From assembly GCA_030141605.1 (NCBI GenBank), contig JAQGDQ010001118.1, positions 25,029 to 61,619 of the forward strand: a DNA stretch of 36,591 nucleotides, written 5' to 3'. The position numbers were made by a program, and so were the translations under genes. The notes beneath the pieces were generated by a model, which searched no databases, was not told where the DNA came from, and worked only from the letters and a program-made list of their open reading frames with translations. The DNA comes from Tubiluchus corallicola (taxonomy: Eukaryota > Animalia > Priapulida). The stretch's first letter is position 1; the number at the start of each line of letters is the position of its first letter. Positions 31,259-36,591 of this stretch are shown here, one piece after another.

Positions 31259-32489
31259 AGACACTCTATCAATGCCTCCTTGAGTCTATTGAAATGCTGA
31301 GAGGTGCTCAACAACTCTAGAGAAGTCATGAGAGTCATATGAGACTCATATAGAGTCATACTATGAGAGTCATGATTTTGGCATTAATAGCTGTGAAGTG
31401 GTTACAAAGAGTCAGTTGTCCCAAAAATGCACATATCAAATAAATGCAGTATGACTGAATCTTAGATACTAGATGGTAAGAGAGTCCACAGACACTATTA
31501 CATTTGCAGTGCATTTGTACTTATAAACATATGTGTGTATAGAGAGGAATTATTATTTGTATTGACGTAACAAAGTTTTATGTTACACTGCAACTTATAA
31601 GCAGTAACACATTTGCAGTGCATTTGTACTTATAAACATATGTGTGTATAGAGAGGAATTATTATTTGTATTGACGTAACAAAGTTTTATGTTACACTGC
31701 AACTTATAAGCAGTAACACATTTGCAGTGCATTTGCACTTATAAACGTATGTGTGTTTAGGGAGGAATTATTATTTGTATTGACGTAACAAAGTTTTATG
31801 TTACACTGCAACTTATAAGCAGTAACACATTTGCAGTGCATTTGCACTTATAAACGTATGTGTGTTTAGGGAGGAATTATTATTTGTATTGACGTAACAA
31901 AGTTTTATGTTACACTGCAAGTTATTCTAAAGCAACAAGTGTGATCAATGTCTTTACATATTTTCACTCAGTATTATTGACTATAACGAGTCTTTTCTGT
32001 AGTTCTTTCCTTCTGTCTGTACGAAACCAGAGCATGTGAGGGTAGTACTGTTTGCTTCACAGCCCAGCACAGTACGCTCCAGCAACGTAGTGTTTGTGTG
32101 TTGTCTAAGCCCAGGTAGAAAAAGTACTGTCGCTCACACAGTTTGTTGTCAGTTGCCACGTGCTTACTGTCAATGGATCAAGATTGAACTGCAACAATTT
32201 AGGCTATTAGTGTGCAAAAAATGCTGTTTTGTTTATGATTTTATCAAGTTACGTATATACTTTCATATACACTTACGTATATTGGTTTGTTTAAAATTAC
32301 AATTGCAGCATTAAAATTTGATATGTTCGTTTCGTTTTACACAGCATTAAAACAACTTTGGCTAAAAAATTTCTGAAGCAGCACCCCCGGTAATTTTAGC
32401 TATGAGGCGCCACTGATCACACTACTTCCTTGAAAGAGAAAACTGTAATAGTGTCTGTGTGAAGCAGCATCCTCTGTAGTTTTAGCTAT
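31259..32489. mobile_element. Mirror copy of the foldback element, interrupted by the RTE LINE
   Basis: Starts TA|AGACACTC; continues into the 86-bp array, where the LINE is inserted. Confidence 0.8.
31501..31925. repeat. 109-bp tandem repeat, 4 copies (single copy in left arm near 13815-13915)
   Basis: Units start at 31501, 31610, 31719 and 31828. Confidence 0.92.
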
Positions 32490-32605
32490 ATATATATATT
32501 GGTAGGCCGTCGTCAAACGACGGATCCGGCCCCACAGACAGACACAAAATACAGAGAGATATTACAGTAGGAAATAAAATAAGTGAGTCATGAAAGTCCG
32601 TCGAG

Positions 32606-35600
32606 TCACTGCACATTATTCTTACGCCGACGCCTCTTTTTTTTGAGATCTTCTATTCGTAGATGCTCAAAGTTGATCACTGCTCTCTTGCAGAGCGCTC
32701 TCCACTGAGTTCTGTCACTCGCCAGGGTCTCGAAGTTTTCTGGTTGGATGTTGCATTGATTCAGGGTATCCTTCAGCTGGTCTTTGTAACGCTTAAAGGG
32801 CCTACCGACCCTCCTTGCCCCTACTGCCAACTCACCAAACAGGAGAGTCCGAGGAATACGGTCCTCACCCATCCGGGACACATGACCAGACCAGCGGAGC
32901 CGTGCCGCAAATATGTGGGATTCAATGCCCCAGGCATTACAGCGACCCAAGACTTCAGTGTTAGGCACTCTGTCCTGCCAGCGAATGCCAGCTATCCGAC
33001 GTAAACAGCGCATATGGAAACTGTCAAGCTTCTTGACCTGTTTGCGGTACAGTGTCCAGGTTTCGCAGTTGTAAAGTAGCACCGGTAGAATGGCTGCCTT
33101 GTAAACTGCCATCTTCGTTGCTAGGCGGACATCCCGGGTATTCCACAGTCTTCCTGACAGGCCCCCGAAGGTTGCTGCAGCCTTGCCAATTCTGGTGGTT
33201 ATATCACAATCACTAGAGCAATCATTTGTCACTGTGCCTCCCAGGTAACTGAACCGATCCACGACCTTTAGAGTTTCATCTCCGATCGTTATAGCAGGTG
33301 CTGTAGGAGTTGTACCAGGTCTAGGCTGCACTAAAACTTCTGTCTTCTTCACAGACACAGTCAGACCGAAACGGGTGGCTGATAAAGCGAAGTTGTCCAT
33401 CAAAAATTGTGCATCCTCCATGGAATGACTGGCAAGTGCACAGTCATCAGCATACAGCAGTTCTCTTATCAAGGTGTAACACACCATCGTTCGCGCCTTG
33501 AAGCGGCGCAGGTTGAATACGCCGCCATCGTAACGAAACCTGACCTCGACACCCCGATAGCACTCGTTGTAGGCATCGCGTATTACTGCAGCAATGACTA
33601 TTCCAAAAAGCAGTGGGGCTAGTACACATCCCTGCTTAACACCGTTGTTGACTGCAAACGGAGAGGATTCCTGGTGCCCATCCACAATACGAGCCTGCAT
33701 GCCATCATGAAAAGAGCGTATTATGTTGACAATTTTTGAGGGACATCCTGTCCGACACAGAAGTCTCCAAAGTCCCTCCCTGCTGACTGAATCAAACGCT
33801 TTTGTTAAATCCACGAATATCAAGTAGAGGTCCCGATGTTGCTCCCTACACTTTTCTTGCAACTGCCGCACAGCGAAGATCATGTCAACAGTACCACGGT
33901 TTGCCCTGTATCCACACTGGCTTTCTGGGTGGAATTGCTCAGCGAGAGAACTAATGCGCCGTATAATTACTTGAGCCAGAATCTTTCCAGCAATACTCAA
34001 CAGCGATATTCCCCTGTGGTTGTTGCAATCTGCGCGATCGCCTTTCCGCTTGTATAGATGGATGATCGTAGCATCTTTGAAGTCCTGCGGCACAGTCTCA
34101 GCCTCCCAAATGGTATTGAAAAGCTTGAAAAGCCTTTCCACAAGAAGCGGACCACCATACTTGAAGATTTCAGGGCTAATGCCATCTGCACCAGGGGCTT
34201 TTCCACATTTCATAGCCTTGATCGCAGCTTTCACCTCTTCCAACTGAATCGGCACAGCCAGTTCCTCCATTGTTGGTTGTTGCGGCACGTTAATGATGAC
34301 ATCATTGTCGATGATAGAAGGATGTTTCCAAATCTGCTCGAAATGTTCAGCCCATCTCTGGACAATAGCAGTTGGTTCCGTGAAAAGCGTGTTACCATCT
34401 GTTGACAAAACAGCCATGGATCCATTGAAACTAGGACCATGTGCAGTCTTCAGCTCTTGATAGAAGGCACGAGTATCATGCCGGTCGGCAGCATCCTGAA
34501 GTCTTATGGCTCGATCGACCCACCAAGCATCTTTCATTTTTCTAATCCTCGCCTGTGCAACAGACCTCGCTTGATGGTAGCTGTCTTTCTTTGCTTGGCA
34601 ATTTTTATCATTCACCCAGTCCAGATGTTTCTCGTGCAGATTGGATAGTATGCCATGAATCTCCTGATCGTTGTGGTCAAACCAGTCGTTTTTGTCCCTA
34701 CGACGTTTCCCAAGTGCTGCTGCAGCACTTTCATATGTAGTGGTTTTCAAAAGTTCCCACTCTTCCTCTACATTGCCTGCTATGGTGTCCAGCATCTCAC
34801 TCTGTGCTTGGAATTGCGTGTATATCTTCTGCTCCAACAACATACGATGTGCGGGCAGCTTCAGCTTCGATAAGTCAAGTCGTGGTGCTCTTGCAGACTT
34901 TGCGCGAACCTTTGGGGGAACTTGTAGGGCTGTCTTCACCTTGACCAGCCGGTGGTCAGACCAGGCAGTGGTGCAACGAACCGCTCTAGTGAGGTGCACA
35001 TCACGTCGGTCCCTCTGCCGCACAATCACATAGTCCAAAACATGCCAATGTTTTGATCTGGCATGCATCCAGGTTGTTTTGAAGGCATCCTTCTGCTGAA
35101 ACAATGTGTTTGTGATCACAAGCCTGTGGGCAGCACAGAGACTCAGGAGCAATGTGCCATTCGAATTTTCAGCGCCGATGCCATGATGGCCAATCACATT
35201 CTCCCAGGCAGCAGAGTTTCGTCCTACGCGTGCGTTAAAGTCCCCCAGAAGAAGGATCTTGTCACCTGAGGGGATGGTTGTGATGGTCCTGGACAGCAGA
35301 TCATAGAATTCCTCTTTAGCCACATCCGGGTAAGACATCGTCGGGGCATATACACTGAGTAACGTTGCAAAATGACCATTTGAGAGCCGGACTCGCATTG
35401 TCATAAGCCTTTCAGTGATACCTTTTGGAAGACTGACCAGGTGTTGCATAAGCTTTGTTCGCACAGCAAAGCCGACTCCTGCTTGACGTGGTTGCTCCTG
35501 TGGCCTTCCAATCCAAAAGAAGGTGTAACCTGCCCCATCTTCTGACAGTTGGGACTCTTCCTCAAGACGCGTTTCACTGAGCGCTGCAAAGTCCACACCT

Positions 35601-35725
35601 TGTTCATTGAGAACCCTAGCCACGATTGCCGTTCTTCTCTCAATAGACTGTTCACTATCGATCAGTGTACGGACATTCCATGCTCCAAAAGTGTAACAGT
35701 ATTTTCGTGTTTTTCGACCGCAAGA
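32606..35725 (-). CDS. RTE APE endonuclease / reverse transcriptase ORF
   Basis: Endonuclease motifs TFGAWNVRTL (upstream of the track's GTG), LSETR, GDFNARVG, SDHRLV; RT motifs KAPGADG, DLTKAFD, QGCVLAP, LYADD; uninterrupted. True start codon not identified. Confidence 0.93.
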   Translation of the reverse strand, partial: SCGRKTRKYCYTFGAWNVRTLIDSEQSIERRTAIVARVLNEQGVDFAALSETRLEEESQLSEDGAGYTFFWIGRPQEQPRQAGVGFAVRTKLMQHLVSLPKGITERLMTMRVRLSNGHFATLLSVYAPTMSYPDVAKEEFYDLLSRTITTIPSGDKILLLGDFNARVGRNSAAWENVIGHHGIGAENSNGTLLLSLCAAHRLVITNTLFQQKDAFKTTWMHARSKHWHVLDYVIVRQRDRRDVHLTRAVRCTTAWSDHRLVKVKTALQVPPKVRAKSARAPRLDLSKLKLPAHRMLLEQKIYTQFQAQSEMLDTIAGNVEEEWELLKTTTYESAAAALGKRRRDKNDWFDHNDQEIHGILSNLHEKHLDWVNDKNCQAKKDSYHQARSVAQARIRKMKDAWWVDRAIRLQDAADRHDTRAFYQELKTAHGPSFNGSMAVLSTDGNTLFTEPTAIVQRWAEHFEQIWKHPSIIDNDVIINVPQQPTMEELAVPIQLEEVKAAIKAMKCGKAPGADGISPEIFKYGGPLLVERLFKLFNTIWEAETVPQDFKDATIIHLYKRKGDRADCNNHRGISLLSIAGKILAQVIIRRISSLAEQFHPESQCGYRANRGTVDMIFAVRQLQEKCREQHRDLYLIFVDLTKAFDSVSREGLWRLLCRTGCPSKIVNIIRSFHDGMQARIVDGHQESSPFAVNNGVKQGCVLAPLLFGIVIAAVIRDAYNECYRGVEVRFRYDGGVFNLRRFKARTMVCYTLIRELLYADDCALASHSMEDAQFLMDNFALSATRFGLTVSVKKTEVLVQPRPGTTPTAPAITIGDETLKVVDRFSYLGGTVTNDCSSDCDITTRIGKAAATFGGLSGRLWNTRDVRLATKMAVYKAAILPVLLYNCETWTLYRKQVKKLDSFHMRCLRRIAGIRWQDRVPNTEVLGRCNAWGIESHIFAARLRWSGHVSRMGEDRIPRTLLFGELAVGARRVGRPFKRYKDQLKDTLNQCNIQPENFETLASDRTQWRALCKRAVINFEHLRIEDLKKKRRRRKNNVQ

Positions 35726-36217
35726 TTTGAGTAACCAGCTGACAGCGGCTTGCCAGCAGGTTGAAGAGGGACAAGCTTCTTTAGGTCACCTTTTCCAGAC
35801 CCTTCCCCGAATTGGGGGGAGCTGGCTCTCCGTGAAAACGGCAGCTCCGACGCTCCAGCAGGACCGAACACTGCAGTTGTCCCGGGTCTACAGTGAACGA
35901 CCATCACACTGGTGCCGCCTACGTGTAAGTTTGCTGCTAAGGGCTCCCAGCAATACTCTTTGCCTGCCCCCACCGCCGCACACTCATCGCCGCAGGACTG
36001 GAAGTTTTTGATTGGTTGACTGTGGGACAACCTGCACAGATATGAGAAAGGTGGGTTTGTGCAGCGCCCACCCCACTCTCTCCTTCCGGCACGACATAAT
36101 AGGCAGGTCCCAAATTGAGCACATGTCCATCACGAACCGGAGCGCAGCTGGCCAGCCTGAGGAACTCGATGAAAGTGAGAACCAGCCTGGATTGCCGGTT
36201 GCCAGCAGTGGCCGGGG

Positions 36218-36402
36218 ATTTGGAATCAGAGTTACCTTCTCTTAGGTGGGCTTGTCTAAAGAGACTAAGCGGGCTCCACCTACCCCGGTTTGAAATCAGA
36301 GTCGCCTTCTCCTAGCCTTTGTCTGAGGAGACTTACCCTGCAAGGCAGCAGGGGGATTTGAAATCAGAGTTGCCTTCTCCTAGCCTTTGTCTAAAGAGAC
36401 TT
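36218..36402 (-). repeat. Three approximately 69-nt-spaced repeats in the RTE 5' UTR
   Basis: AGTCTC(TT/CT)xAGACAA...AGGAGAAGGxAACTCTGATTTCAAA occurs three times. Confidence 0.85.
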
Positions 36403-36591
36403 CACCCACAAGGCAGTGGGGCACCCAGATATACCACCGAGCATTTGGTCCCAGAGCCTACATTAGTGATACTAAGCCCCCTTGCCACGACAAGGCTGCA
36501 GGTTGGGTTTCACCATCATGGGGCAGCAGGACCTTATTGGCATTTCCTGTACCCTCAGGATCTCAAGGGAGGGTTTTAGCTATGAGCCACC

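Larger units (their letters stand above)
24244..32489. repeat. Right arm of large inverted duplication (interrupted by the RTE LINE; resumes at 36584)
   Basis: Reverse complement of 13201-19889 plus arm-specific insertions and expansions. Confidence 0.95.
32490..36572 (-). mobile_element. Full-length RTE-clade non-LTR retrotransposon (about 4.1 kb)
   Basis: 11-bp TSD GTTTTAGCTAT (32479-32489, 36573-36583); (TA)n tail; 3' stem-loop CCGTCGT-TTG-ACGACGG (32507-32523); single APE-RT ORF; 5' UTR motif GCCTTGTCGTGGCAAGGGGGCTT like other RTE elements. Confidence 0.93.

Noticed and set aside
32663-35734. Many antisense and alternate-frame ORFs over the RTE, cGLR and ZNF genes
   Set aside because: Shadow ORFs of GC-richer coding sequence; no motifs.

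Overview
AT-rich, repeat-dense animal genomic DNA, probably invertebrate, with spliceosomal introns, SINEs, LINEs and MITEs. Main contents: (1) a minisatellite-like C2H2 zinc-finger exon (1520-2625, -) whose 84-bp units continue as decayed copies past the stop; (2) an intronless 967-aa ORF (9416-12319, +) that fuses 12 ankyrin repeats to a Mab21/cGAS-like (cGLR) nucleotidyltransferase with an intact GS...EFD...D catalytic signature, the most notable gene here; (3) a large inverted duplication (arms about 13201-19889 and 24244-32489, probably continuing past the window) carrying two head-to-head, nearly identical 14-finger ZNF genes around a 4.35-kb spacer with a probable bidirectional promoter and a mirrored 34-bp conserved element; (4) a full-length RTE-clade LINE (32490-36572, -) with an 11-bp TSD and a candidate HDV-like RNA fold at its 5' end; (5) Helitron-like elements, hAT and Tc1/mariner-type MITEs, a long-TIR foldback element, tRNA-derived SINEs, a CR1-group fragment and several minisatellites whose copy numbers differ between the palindrome arms. 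All calls were made by eye, without database searches.
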